In this document: piece after piece, positions 54,238 through 64,000 of the stretch
Numbering within the stretch: the stretch's first letter is position 1
Layout: each line of letters begins with the position of its first letter
From: an uncultured Clostridia bacterium
Lineage (GTDB): Bacteria; Bacillota; Clostridia; Christensenellales; UBA1242
Direction of reading: 5' to 3'
Assembly (NCBI GenBank): GCA_944377165.1
Contig: CALWEJ010000007.1
Location: 18,375-82,374 of the forward strand
DNA length: 64,000 bases
Translations under genes and position numbers: made by a program
The notes under the pieces: generated by a model
The model's input: only the letters and a program-made list of their open reading frames with translations
The model's database searches: none
Told to the model about the DNA's origin: nothing

Positions 54238-54927
54238 TTATAAGCAATTCGACACGGTTGTAGGATTAAAACCACTATTTATTGCAAAAGAAATAATTTT
54301 CGTCAGTGCATTTACAGTCATCTCGGTAGGGTGCATAAGTATTAAATCGCCGTTAGACAAATCACGTGTTGCACGTTTGTAAATTAAGTCAGAATCTTGG
54401 TCGCGCCAATCAATAGTGTCGTGTGTCCACATTATAGTTTTATAATTAAGACTTGTCGCGGCGTCAACAGTAGTCACGTTATATGCTCCGCTAGGTGGTG
54501 CAAATAGTGCCATCTCTATTCCTATATTTTCACTTATTACTTTATGACAAAGCGAAATTTCTTGCACATTTCCTTCAAAATCTAAATTGTCTTGGTCCTT
54601 ATGATAGAAGCCGTGATTGCCGATTTCGTGTCCGCGCGTATATATTTCTTTAATTAAGTCTATGTTTTTAACCGCCCACGAACCGCCAATAAAAAATGTA
54701 CTCTTCACATTATACACATCTAAAATATCTAGTATATCGCGGACATAATCTTCCCCTTGATATACGTTTATCATAAAGCAAACATTGTTTTTACTGCTAT
54801 TGCCCGAATAAATCACACGCGCGTCTGCGCTAGCCGTCAGACTGCTCGCGTTAGAAAACGATATACCTATTAAACTTATAAACATAAATACAATAATAAT
54901 ATTTGCAATAATACGCGATTTCTTCAT
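54238..54927 (-). CDS. Polysaccharide deacetylase family protein (YlxY-like, sporulation-associated)
   Basis: TFFIGG, HEIGNHG..H, FAPPSG, DTIDW, LMHP. Confidence 0.88.
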   Translation of the reverse strand: MKKSRIIANIIIVFMFISLIGISFSNASSLTASADARVIYSGNSSKNNVCFMINVYQGEDYVRDILDILDVYNVKSTFFIGGSWAVKNIDLIKEIYTRGHEIGNHGFYHKDQDNLDFEGNVQEISLCHKVISENIGIEMALFAPPSGAYNVTTVDAATSLNYKTIMWTHDTIDWRDQDSDLIYKRATRDLSNGDLILMHPTEMTVNALTKIISFAINSGFNPTTVSNCL

Positions 54928-55232
54928 AATTTAATCTATTTATCAAGCACAATATATATTCATATAAAAGGGCTTAATATTATCAAAAGAAAATGTTTTT
55001 ATTATTTTAAATAAAAACTTTTATTAGGCTATTATTTTTGAAACTGATATAAAAAGGAACTTTACTTTTGTGTGTAGAGTTCCTTTATTCTATTCTGCTA
55101 GTTTTAAACAGTTTAACTTTTCATTATTATTTTTTATGTTTAATTTTTTACATAGTATATTTTTCATAGTATATAAAAAAGGACTTTTACTAAAAGTCCA
55201 ATTTATCGTAAAAATTAATAAATGAAGTTATT

Positions 55233-57317
55233 TTATAACTTTTTAATAAGTTTCATATCAACTCTACCGCGCTCATCAATCTTTATTGTTTTAACAAGCA
55301 CTTTATCGCCGACATTTACCACGTCTTCGACTTTCTCAACTCTATCTTTGCTTAATTTAGAAATATGAATCATACCTTCTTTGCCCGGAGCGACTTCAAC
55401 GAAAGCGCCGAATTGCATAATACGTGTGACAACTCCTTCATATTCACAGTTGAGTTCAAAGTCGGTAGCTATAGCGGTAATCATAGCCTTTGCCTTATCA
55501 ATCATTGCTTGGTCAGATGATGCAATAAATACATCGCCTTCATCTTTAATGTCAATTTTTACGCCTGTTTCTGCAATGATTTGATTGATAACTTTTCCGC
55601 CTGTACCGATAACTTCTCTAATCTTATCTGGGTCAATCTTGAATGTGACAATCTTAGGTGCGTACTTGCTGAGTTCTTTCCTAGGTTGTTTAATCGTCTT
55701 CAACATAATCTTTAATATTTCAAGACGTCCAACGCGCGCTTGTTCTAGCGCTGTTTCTAATATATTTCTATCAATGCCGTGGATTTTAATATCCATTTGA
55801 ATAGCGGTAATGCCTTTTTCTGTACCCGTCACTTTAAAGTCCATATCTCCTAAGAAATCTTCTAGACCTTGGATATCAGTTAATACTGCTACTCTATCGC
55901 TATCCTTATCTTTCATAAGACCCATAGCAATACCTGCGACTGGTGCTTTGATAGGAACACCTGCGTCCATAAGCGCTAATGTACTTCCGCAAGTTGAAGC
56001 CATAGAAGTTGAGCCGTTTGATGACAAAATATCACTAACTGTACGAATAGCATAAGGGAATTCTTCTTCGCTAGGAAGCACAGCCATAAGTGCGCGTTCT
56101 GCTAGTGCGCCGTGACCGATTTCACGTCTTCCTGGTGAGCGAAGTGCTTTTGCTTCGCCTGTAGAATAGCCCGGCATATTGTATTGGTGCATATAGCGCT
56201 TATATTCTTCCGTTTCTAGTCCTTCCAACTCTTGCGCTTCGCTAATCATACCCAACGTACAAGTAGTCAAAGCTTGTGTTTCTCCACGAGTAAATACTGC
56301 TGAGCCGTGCACGCGTGGTAGTAAGCCCACTTCGCACCAAATAGGACGTATCTCGTTCGTCTTTCTTCCGTCTGGACGAATACCCTTATACAAAATCTTA
56401 TGACGAACTTTTTCTTTCTTCATATTATAAAGGACTTGATTAATATATTTTACGTTATCTGGGAATTGTTCAGCGAAATGCTCTTGAACGTCCGCTGTTA
56501 AATCTTCTTCTAAATCATTACGAATATGTCGGTCGAAAACTTCTAAAACTTTATCTAATTTCTTGTCTGCATATTCTCTTACTGCCTTATCTAGTTCAGC
56601 AGGTATTTCGTCAAAGACAATTTTATCTGATTTTTTAACTTTAAGTGCTTTAACGATTTTTTCTTCAAAAGCAACTTGCTTCTTAATCTCCTCGTGCGCG
56701 AACATAATTGCATCTAGCATTAATGTTTCACTAACCTCTTTTGCACCTGCTTCCACCATTAAAATAGCTTCTTTCGTGCCTGCTACTGTCAAATCAATTA
56801 CACTGTTATGTTGCTCATCAACGGTAGGGTTAATAATGAATTTTCCGTCAACACAGCCGATTTTAACCGCGCCAATAGGTCCGTCAAACGGAATATCACT
56901 GATAGAAAGCGCGATTGAACTACCAAGCATTGCTAAAGTTTCTGGCGCAATATCTTGGTCTACTGATAGCGGAGTCGCAATAATTGTCACATCGTTATAA
57001 AATCCCTTAGGGAACAATGGACGCAAAGGTCTATCAATCAATCTGCTCTTTAAGATTGCGTTATCGCTAGCGCGTCCTTCTCTTCTCTTCCAACCGCCCG
57101 GAATTTTACCTATACTATACATTTTTTCTTCATAATCGACTTGTAAAGGGAAAAAATCCATTCCCGGACGTGGCATAGCAGACATTGTTGCATTAACCAT
57201 AACAACCGTGTCCCCGCAACGCAAAATGCAGTGACCGCTCGCTTGTCCACAATATTTACCAATTTCGACTTGAACTGTTCTGCCACCTATTTCTGTTTTA
57301 AAACTTGTCTCTTTCAT
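55233..57317 (-). CDS. pnp: Polyribonucleotide nucleotidyltransferase
   Basis: RLIDRPLRPLF, RREIGHG, SNGSTSM, GDMDFKV, KH and S1 domains; start 57317 after GAGGAG. Confidence 0.98.
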   Translation of the reverse strand: MKETSFKTEIGGRTVQVEIGKYCGQASGHCILRCGDTVVMVNATMSAMPRPGMDFFPLQVDYEEKMYSIGKIPGGWKRREGRASDNAILKSRLIDRPLRPLFPKGFYNDVTIIATPLSVDQDIAPETLAMLGSSIALSISDIPFDGPIGAVKIGCVDGKFIINPTVDEQHNSVIDLTVAGTKEAILMVEAGAKEVSETLMLDAIMFAHEEIKKQVAFEEKIVKALKVKKSDKIVFDEIPAELDKAVREYADKKLDKVLEVFDRHIRNDLEEDLTADVQEHFAEQFPDNVKYINQVLYNMKKEKVRHKILYKGIRPDGRKTNEIRPIWCEVGLLPRVHGSAVFTRGETQALTTCTLGMISEAQELEGLETEEYKRYMHQYNMPGYSTGEAKALRSPGRREIGHGALAERALMAVLPSEEEFPYAIRTVSDILSSNGSTSMASTCGSTLALMDAGVPIKAPVAGIAMGLMKDKDSDRVAVLTDIQGLEDFLGDMDFKVTGTEKGITAIQMDIKIHGIDRNILETALEQARVGRLEILKIMLKTIKQPRKELSKYAPKIVTFKIDPDKIREVIGTGGKVINQIIAETGVKIDIKDEGDVFIASSDQAMIDKAKAMITAIATDFELNCEYEGVVTRIMQFGAFVEVAPGKEGMIHISKLSKDRVEKVEDVVNVGDKVLVKTIKIDERGRVDMKLIKKL

Positions 57318-57423
57318 AATTCTCCTCAAATATAACAAGACCATTCTACCATAGATTAAAAAAAAAAGATATTAAATTAATTAAGTTTTATAAAATTTAA
57401 TATCTAATTATTATGACGAAATA

Positions 57424-58386
57424 CTATTTTGAGTCAATATTTGTGAATTCATAAATAACGTCCGAATCGGTAATTTCTGCTAAATGCGCTCTTTTTTGAT
57501 TACACTTGATGATGTGCTCCCTAATTTCTTCTATTAATTTTAAGTCTATATCAGGCGAATAAGGACGATACTCACTTTCTGCTTTTTTCATTTTTTGAAT
57601 CTCATCAGAATCGTGTTTTATCGCTTTTTGCATAAGGGCAGAAACTTGAATTAACGCGTCAAATTCATTATATGCCAACTCCCATAAAAGACCGAACATC
57701 TTATCATAATGATTATCATAGAAATATTTGTCATCGTTAGAAATTAATTTCTTATAGACTTCAAACACCTTATCTCTACTATTAGAAAATGTCTTTATAT
57801 AAGAATTATTTGAGCCCACGCGTGAAAGCGATTTATCTACTATTTTCATATTTTGCGTCGCAGAAGCAAAGTTTTTATTTTCCCTAATTTCTAGACTTTT
57901 TTCACGCGCCTTTTCTTTACTCTTGTATTTTTCAAATTCATCAGTGATATGCATAGTTTTAAGTTCTGCGTTCTTCTTTACTTCTTTACTATCATTTAAT
58001 ATCTTTGAAATAAAACTATATTCGCGCTCATCTTTGCTTGTATCCAATTCCTTTTCAAGATTAGCGATATCACCATTAAGCATATTAATATAATTTTCTA
58101 AGCCGTCAATTTCTTTTAAATAAAAACCATTATTCGAGCGAATTTTATGCAAAGGATACACATCATTTAAATACTGCTCTGACTTTCTTTGTATATTAAA
58201 AAGGCTCTTATATACTTGCTTCGTAATAACTTTTTCCAAAGCCTTAATAAAAGACTCTACAATGCCTAAATGTGAATCTGTCTTTTTAATTACATCATCC
58301 GTAGAGTATTGCACCGTATGTACAAAATTGATTTTATACTTATTTCTAGTATTTTTAGATTTATTTCCGTTATTTTGCTCTTTCAT
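57424..58386 (-). CDS. Hypothetical helical/coiled-coil protein
   Basis: ORF; TTGAAT-17-TATAAT-7-ATG suggests a leaderless start at 58386. Confidence 0.65.
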   Translation of the reverse strand: MKEQNNGNKSKNTRNKYKINFVHTVQYSTDDVIKKTDSHLGIVESFIKALEKVITKQVYKSLFNIQRKSEQYLNDVYPLHKIRSNNGFYLKEIDGLENYINMLNGDIANLEKELDTSKDEREYSFISKILNDSKEVKKNAELKTMHITDEFEKYKSKEKAREKSLEIRENKNFASATQNMKIVDKSLSRVGSNNSYIKTFSNSRDKVFEVYKKLISNDDKYFYDNHYDKMFGLLWELAYNEFDALIQVSALMQKAIKHDSDEIQKMKKAESEYRPYSPDIDLKLIEEIREHIIKCNQKRAHLAEITDSDVIYEFTNIDSK

Positions 58387-58468
58387 ATTTACAATTATAT
58401 CACATAATAAATTAATATTCAATAAAAATTTTAAAATTTATGAAAAAATCGCCTATTCGGCGATTTAA

Positions 58469-58729
58469 TTAACCACGTATGCCTAATTTTGACTTAATAG
58501 CACGTGCACGTTCGATATCTTTCTTTGATAAGTAGTCTAACAATTTCTTTCTAGTAGAAACCATTTTGTTAAGACCGCGTGTAGAATGAATATCTTGTTT
58601 ATTGTTCTTTAAGTGTTCAGTTAAATTCTTAATTCTAGCGCTAAGTAATGCGATTTGAACTTCTATTGAACCAGTATCTTGTTCATTTGAACCGAACTCT
58701 TTAACAATTTCAGCCTTATTAATTTTCAT
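58469..58729 (-). CDS. rpsO: 30S ribosomal protein S15
   Basis: [31 protein letters not shown]. Confidence 0.97.
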   Translation of the reverse strand: MKINKAEIVKEFGSNEQDTGSIEVQIALLSARIKNLTEHLKNNKQDIHSTRGLNKMVSTRKKLLDYLSKKDIERARAIKSKLGIRG

Positions 58730-58835
58730 ATCTCTCTCCTTTTAAATTCGCCTTAAACCATTTCAACGTCGAGAATTCGTTTTCGATAGTTAAAGGTACT
58801 TTTGTTATTCTATACAAATTAGAAAATTTTGTCAA
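58730..58835 (-). promoter_or_regulatory. rpsO promoter and putative S15 autoregulatory leader
   Basis: TTGACA-17-TAGAAT; leader pairing CCTTTAACTAT/ATGGTTTAAGG ahead of the RBS. Confidence 0.6.
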
Positions 58836-58891
58836 TAGATTTTTTAATATTTTTTCGTTTTCAACACACACTAGCAAAGAGGTTTTTAGAT

Positions 58892-60112
58892 ATGAAAAAA
58901 GTTTTCTTTATATCTTTGATTTTAATTTTGATTATGACAGGTTGCGCTTTCATTGTGCCTACTATAAAGCAAATAAGTGCGCTTCCGGACGATATGGTCG
59001 TCACATATAGCGATATTGAGAGTGCAAACGAAGAAGATATTTATAGCCCTATTATTAACCTTGAACTGCCTGAAAATATAAATGTCGCTACGAACGGCGA
59101 ATTGACCAATACCGTACTTAATATTAAACTTTTCGATTTATTTACTATTAAGAAAGTTAAAGTGCGCTTGCTCACAGATACAGACGTATATGTCGGCGGA
59201 GAAACGGTTGGATTTAACCTTTTTAGTGACGGAGTGATATGTGTAGGTAGCAACGCGGTTGTATCTGATTCTGGTTTGGAAGAACCGATTAAAAATAGCG
59301 GACTTTGTGAAGGTGATGCAATTATAAAGATTCAAGACGAGAATATAGATGATATTCAAGATATAGATAGAATCATAAACTCAAAAGAAAATGCTGGTAA
59401 AGAATTGACCGCCACGATTAGACGTAATGGTGTGGAAAGCGAAATTCCGCTTACTCCTGTATATGATTTATTAAGTCAAAAGTACAAGCTCGGGATTTGG
59501 GTTAGAAATAACGCAAGCGGTGTTGGTACTTTAACATATGTGAAAAAGTCTAATTTCAGATTTGGCGCGGTCGGTCACCCAATTGTCGATGCTTCGCTTG
59601 GCGAAAATTTCCTTGTAGATAGTGGAAATATTTATAAATGTAAATTACTTGGAATTAAGAAAGGCGAAAAACATAATCCGGGCGAAATCCGTTCTTCAAT
59701 CAATCTTTCGGACGATGCAATAGGTATTGCGGACACTAATTGTAAATATGGTGTATATGGTAATATATTAAATAAGGGCATTATTGACGCATCACGCACT
59801 GCAAGTCTAGGCGGTAGATTGTCCGTTAAACTTGGCGATGCTAAAATCTACTGTGCATTAGACGATGAAGGGGTTAAAGCGTATGATATAAAAATTTTGA
59901 AAGCAAATAAACAAAATTCTGCTGACGATAAGAGCCTAACTATCAAGGTGACAGATAAAGATTTGCTCGAAAAGACAGGTGGAATAATTCAAGGAATGAG
60001 CGGTAGTCCTATTGTGCAAAACGGTAAAATCATTGGCGCAGTCACACACGTATTCATCGACGACCCTACACGCGGATATGGAGTTTATATAGATTGGATG
60101 ATTGATAATTAA
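58892..60112 (+). CDS. spoIVB: SpoIVB peptidase (S55)
   Basis: PDZ domain, LGIWVR, GTLT, GH, GGIIQGMSGSPIVQNGKIIGAVTHV. Confidence 0.95.
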   Translation: MKKVFFISLILILIMTGCAFIVPTIKQISALPDDMVVTYSDIESANEEDIYSPIINLELPENINVATNGELTNTVLNIKLFDLFTIKKVKVRLLTDTDVYVGGETVGFNLFSDGVICVGSNAVVSDSGLEEPIKNSGLCEGDAIIKIQDENIDDIQDIDRIINSKENAGKELTATIRRNGVESEIPLTPVYDLLSQKYKLGIWVRNNASGVGTLTYVKKSNFRFGAVGHPIVDASLGENFLVDSGNIYKCKLLGIKKGEKHNPGEIRSSINLSDDAIGIADTNCKYGVYGNILNKGIIDASRTASLGGRLSVKLGDAKIYCALDDEGVKAYDIKILKANKQNSADDKSLTIKVTDKDLLEKTGGIIQGMSGSPIVQNGKIIGAVTHVFIDDPTRGYGVYIDWMIDN

Positions 60113-60358
60113 TCAATTTAAAAATTTAATTTTAATTTATAATAAAAATCAATTTAATAAATTAAAAATTAAAAATGAATTTTAAATTATTAAAAATCAA
60201 TAAAAATTTATAAAAAATTTTAAAAAATATCAAAAATTCACGTAAAATTAATAAAAATTTAATAAAAAATAGTTAAAAATTAATTTTTTAACCATTTTTT
60301 CATTTTTTTAGAAAATAAAATATAATTCTATATTTAGAAATTTAATCATAAAATAATT

Positions 60359-60952
60359 ATGCGATTATTTAATTTATTATTCGATAATATTAGAAGACGT
60401 TATGGATATTTTATTTTTTTAAGCATAATCACAATAGCCATAATTGTCCTTGCGGTATTCTCTGCTATCAATTTTGACGGCGGAGTTTTGCCCATTGATT
60501 TATCTAATGTCCCATATATTAGATATTTGAAAGATGATTGCAGTTTCTTCTTTTTAATATTCGGTAATTTACTAACCCTTACTATATTTATCGGATTTAT
60601 TATATTTTTTAGTTGGAAAAAATATCTTTTACCTTTGTCTTTAATATTATACCTATATTTTGTATATAGCCAAATCGTTATATATGTAAGTCTTATTTTA
60701 ATCTATGGATTTTTTAACACTATTATATTGATAATTTTACTTACAATATTTTTATTAATTGAATTTTTATTGCTTCTCTTAATTTTGATTAGTTTAATAG
60801 ATTGTTGCGGGGCGAACAATTTCTTCTCGTTGTGTTTTAATCGTTTACATTCGCCTATTTCACTTTTACTTCTTTGCTTATTGATTACAACCTTACTATT
60901 TTCAATTATTCTAGCACTTCTCCGCTCATTTGTAATATTATTAGTTTACTAA
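60359..60952 (+). CDS. Multi-TM membrane protein, possibly SpoIIM-like
   Basis: About 5 TM; sigma-E-like CTATAT...CATAAAAT immediately upstream. Confidence 0.55.
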   Translation: MRLFNLLFDNIRRRYGYFIFLSIITIAIIVLAVFSAINFDGGVLPIDLSNVPYIRYLKDDCSFFFLIFGNLLTLTIFIGFIIFFSWKKYLLPLSLILYLYFVYSQIVIYVSLILIYGFFNTIILIILLTIFLLIEFLLLLLILISLIDCCGANNFFSLCFNRLHSPISLLLLCLLITTLLFSIILALLRSFVILLVY

Positions 60953-60953
60953 T

Positions 60954-61985
60954 TTAATCATCAAACCTTAAATTTAAATAAACATAATTGTCCATATTAT
61001 ATTCCAAATTTTTCTCTATTAGATTTTTTGCAAATTCGCTGAGTTTAGACACCCTTACTCCGTTTACTAATGGGTCAATATATCTTACTTTTGCTTTCGT
61101 ATGCACGAAATAAACATTACTTGGAATGTCCTTCGAACTATTTACGACCTTCGCATTTTGCCAAATATTAAAAATATCTTTATATCTTGAGTCTTTAATT
61201 AATTTAATAACATCTTCTTCTTTCACTTTATATAAATATTCTAGGTCAATAACCTTTTCTTCGTTTAATCGCTTTATAATATCAGCTAAAAATTGCATTG
61301 AAAATCTTGTTTTATCTTCACGATAGATTATTGACAACTTACTTGTAATGCCAACGAATTTTTCTGCTATCTCTTTTGATTTAAATCCTAATTCTACAAT
61401 ACCGCGTTCGTTTTTTTGAATATAAATATTGTCATATATTTCTTTGATTTCTTTAATGTTTGCAAGTTCGTATGTGAAAAGTGCGTTTGATAAAGAATAC
61501 TCTAATCTATCAGCTGACAACTGCGGAGTATCATTATCCGCAATAGGATATATGTGATAATCTTCAACTTCACTTTGTGTTAACCTGTCTTTTTTCAATA
61601 AATTAAGAATTTCCGTAGAATTAAAAATAATTTTACTTGTTAAATCTTCTGTCGCTTCTTGATTCTCAGCATCGCCCAATAAAAAATCAATGCAATGTTT
61701 GAATGCGGGCGTTGCTATATCGTGCAACAGCCCTGCGATTGTTTGCTTTTTGTCGTGCGTAAAATGCCATATAATTAGCGCCACACCGACAGAGTGGTCA
61801 AGCGATGAAAAGAAACGTTCGCTTTTAATTAAACTCGAATAAATCGCCCCGCAAGTAGTGCTAATGTATTTTTGTTTTTGCAACTCTACTGTATTAATAT
61901 AATTATTTAACCATTCAGGGAATTGGGGTTCTAATATCTTGTAATACTCTACTATTTTATTCTCATCTCTAGTTAACTTTTTCAT
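60954..61985 (-). CDS. HD-domain phosphohydrolase
   Basis: DHSVGVA, LLHDIA, H, ADRLEY. Confidence 0.88.
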   Translation of the reverse strand: MKKLTRDENKIVEYYKILEPQFPEWLNNYINTVELQKQKYISTTCGAIYSSLIKSERFFSSLDHSVGVALIIWHFTHDKKQTIAGLLHDIATPAFKHCIDFLLGDAENQEATEDLTSKIIFNSTEILNLLKKDRLTQSEVEDYHIYPIADNDTPQLSADRLEYSLSNALFTYELANIKEIKEIYDNIYIQKNERGIVELGFKSKEIAEKFVGITSKLSIIYREDKTRFSMQFLADIIKRLNEEKVIDLEYLYKVKEEDVIKLIKDSRYKDIFNIWQNAKVVNSSKDIPSNVYFVHTKAKVRYIDPLVNGVRVSKLSEFAKNLIEKNLEYNMDNYVYLNLRFDD

Positions 61986-62162
61986 ATCTTCCTTTTTAAT
62001 TGAATTTTATACAACGTTTGAATCTAAAACGAACGACCCAAAGTTGTGAACTTTGTCCACTTTCTAAAATATTATACATTAATTATTATTAATTTTCAAT
62101 TAAAGCTTGTTAATTTTTAATATTTTATTATATAATTAATTTAGGAAATTTAGGAGGAAATT

Positions 62163-62966
62163 GTGAATAATAGTTGGAACTTAGACAAATTAAAGAAGCA
62201 GGCTATTGAAAATCAAAATTTTGATGAGCATGTATTATGCAAATCTGGAATATTAAAATATGAAGATTTAAAAGTTTTAGATATAGGTTGTTCAAATGGA
62301 TTTAAAACTAAAATGCTATTTGACAAATATGATAATATAACAAATATTACAGGAATAGATATTGATTATAATGCAATAATCGAAGCAAAAAAAATCTTTA
62401 TAAAAAATAAGAAATACAAATTTGAATTAAAAAGTATTGATGAATTAGATAACAATTCAAAATATGATATAATAAATTTATCCTATGTTTTGCAACATCT
62501 AGAGGATCCACAAAAAGTTTTAAAAAAACTGAAAAATCTTCTTACTGATAGAGGAATAATAATTTTAAAAGTTCCAGATGATAGTTTTAAATTTTGTTAT
62601 CCAGATAAAAAAGATCTATTACACAAAATATTTAATTTATACGAAAATGAAATTATGAGAAAACAAAATACAACAAAATATACTGATAGATATATAGGTA
62701 AAAAAGTATATAATTATCTCGTGGGAAGTGAATATAATAATATTAAACTATATTATTATGTTACCAATACCATTGGCAAGACACGTGAACAAAAATTAAA
62801 TTTTTTTGATAGTTCTATTGGATTTAGAAGTGCTATAAATAAAAACAATGTTTCGGAAAAAGTAAAAAATAAAATGGAAAAGTTATTAAATGATTTAAAA
62901 AAAGAATTCGAAAAGGAAGGATTTTATTATACAATGACAGTCCTTTACTATATTGCAAGCAAATAG
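62163..62966 (+). CDS. Class I SAM-dependent methyltransferase
   Basis: VLDIGCSNG, GIDID, YDIINLSYVLQHLEDP; GTG start after AGGAGG. Confidence 0.9.
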   Translation: MNNSWNLDKLKKQAIENQNFDEHVLCKSGILKYEDLKVLDIGCSNGFKTKMLFDKYDNITNITGIDIDYNAIIEAKKIFIKNKKYKFELKSIDELDNNSKYDIINLSYVLQHLEDPQKVLKKLKNLLTDRGIIILKVPDDSFKFCYPDKKDLLHKIFNLYENEIMRKQNTTKYTDRYIGKKVYNYLVGSEYNNIKLYYYVTNTIGKTREQKLNFFDSSIGFRSAINKNNVSEKVKNKMEKLLNDLKKEFEKEGFYYTMTVLYYIASK

Positions 62967-63037
62967 TACAATGGAATAATTTATCTATATGAATTGAATA
63001 GAAATAGAATAATATATAGCAAAAAAAATTTATTTGA

Positions 63038-63172
63038 AAAATAGTAAAATTTACATATTTAGATTGGAATTTAGAAAGATTTGGATATAGTCCAATATCA
63101 ATTTCGAATATGTTAGCTGATTATGGCTATGACGATACACCTGTTGATATGGCAAAAAATATCATTTGTTAA
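63038..63172 (+). pseudogene. Possible gene remnant
   Basis: Start-less frame KIVKFTYLDWNLERFGYSPISISNMLADYGYDDTPVDMAKNIIC* with protein-like composition. Confidence 0.3.
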
Positions 63173-63235
63173 ACAAAGCATATTTTATTATACCTTTTCA
63201 AAAATAGAGGTATTAATGATAAACTAATAATATAT

Positions 63236-63309
63236 TGGAGCGGGTAATGGGAATCGAACCCACCTCACAAGCTTGGGAAGCTCGCGTACTACCGATGTAC
63301 TATACCCGC
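63236..63309 (-). tRNA. tRNA-Gly, anticodon CCC
   Basis: GCGGGTATAGTACATCGGTAGTACGCGAGCTTCCCAAGCTTGTGAGGTGGGTTCGATTCCCATTACCCGCTCCA. Confidence 0.96.
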
Positions 63310-63529
63310 AAGTATCATTATTTTATCAAATATTTTTATCTTTGACAATTATTTTATCTAAATTTCGTGTGATTTGTTTTTTATTTGCTTACCTAAAGTT
63401 TATATAGTTATATAATTTATTTTATATTTTCATAAAAGTTGTAAATAAACATTAAATACTCCCTTTAAATTGGTATGTTAAGTTGACATAATCTTTTCAG
63501 TTTAGATATAATTATGAAAAGGACAATTT

Positions 63530-64000
63530 ATGGATATCATCAAAAAGATTCAAACCGAACTTTTCGCTTTTAAAGACGAAAAATATAAGGAATTTAATTC
63601 AAAATTAATTCCTAATATTTTTTCTGATAAAATAATCGGTGTACGAATACCGAAAATAAGGGCACTTGCAAAGCAATACAAAAATAACGAACAAATAGAC
63701 GATTTTTTATCTGCACTTCCGCATAAATTTTTAGAAGAAAATTTGCTTCACGTATTTATCGTTAATGAAATAAAAGATTATCACGATTGCTTAGAAAAAA
63801 TAAAATCATTTTTGCCTTTCATAGATAATTGGGCAGTATGTGACGCGCTCCGTCCTAACTGCTTTACTAAGAACACTGACATATTGCAACCTATAATAAA
63901 TGAAATGTTGCATTCTAATCACCCTTATATAATCCGATTTGCAATCTCAGTACTAATGTTAAATTATTTAGATGATAATTTTAATATTTCGCAACTTGAA
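63530..64000 (+). CDS. DNA alkylation repair protein (AlkD family), partial
   Basis: KDEKYKEFNSKLIP, IIGVRIPKIRALAK, LPHKFLEE, IDNWAVCD; TTGACA/TATAAT promoter. Confidence 0.88.
   Translation, partial: MDIIKKIQTELFAFKDEKYKEFNSKLIPNIFSDKIIGVRIPKIRALAKQYKNNEQIDDFLSALPHKFLEENLLHVFIVNEIKDYHDCLEKIKSFLPFIDNWAVCDALRPNCFTKNTDILQPIINEMLHSNHPYIIRFAISVLMLNYLDDNFNISQLE

Noticed and set aside
640-61326. Many short ORFs antisense to or nested in long genes (e.g. 640-939, 2682-3308, 29189-29731, 51133-51675, 56563-57000)
   Set aside because: They are shadows of well-supported genes, with no RBS or motifs

Overview
AT-rich chromosomal segment from an anaerobic, probably spore-forming Clostridia-like Firmicute (spoIVB, spoIIIE/ftsK, nrdDG, fhs, Firmicute-type LexA box). 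It is mostly housekeeping: fhs (partial), degV x2, rlmD, nrdD/nrdG, gyrBA, metG, dtd, dnaB, typA, hup, trxB, ferredoxin, recA-recN, pgsA, ftsK, pnp, rpsO, spoIVB, alkD (partial). It also carries two tRNA genes (Leu-AAG, Gly-CCC), a 2,057-aa membrane-anchored surface protein and several ORFans. I found no CRISPR array, transposase, integrase or phage genes. Most notable: (i) a structured ~290-nt leader before the rare tRNA-Leu(AAG) that contains a duplicate of the tRNA 5' end and an 11-nt antisense to its anticodon arm; (ii) a stand-alone FIST protein inside a fucO/aldehyde dehydrogenase operon; (iii) a Crp/Fnr regulator divergent from nrdDG with a CRP-style palindrome; (iv) a homopolymer-frameshifted SLOG gene with a divergent XRE regulator; (v) at least six apparently leaderless genes; (vi) apparent depletion of GATC, CATG and GTWAC, broken by one gene next to tRNA-Gly. 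All calls come from manual reading; no searches or computations were run.
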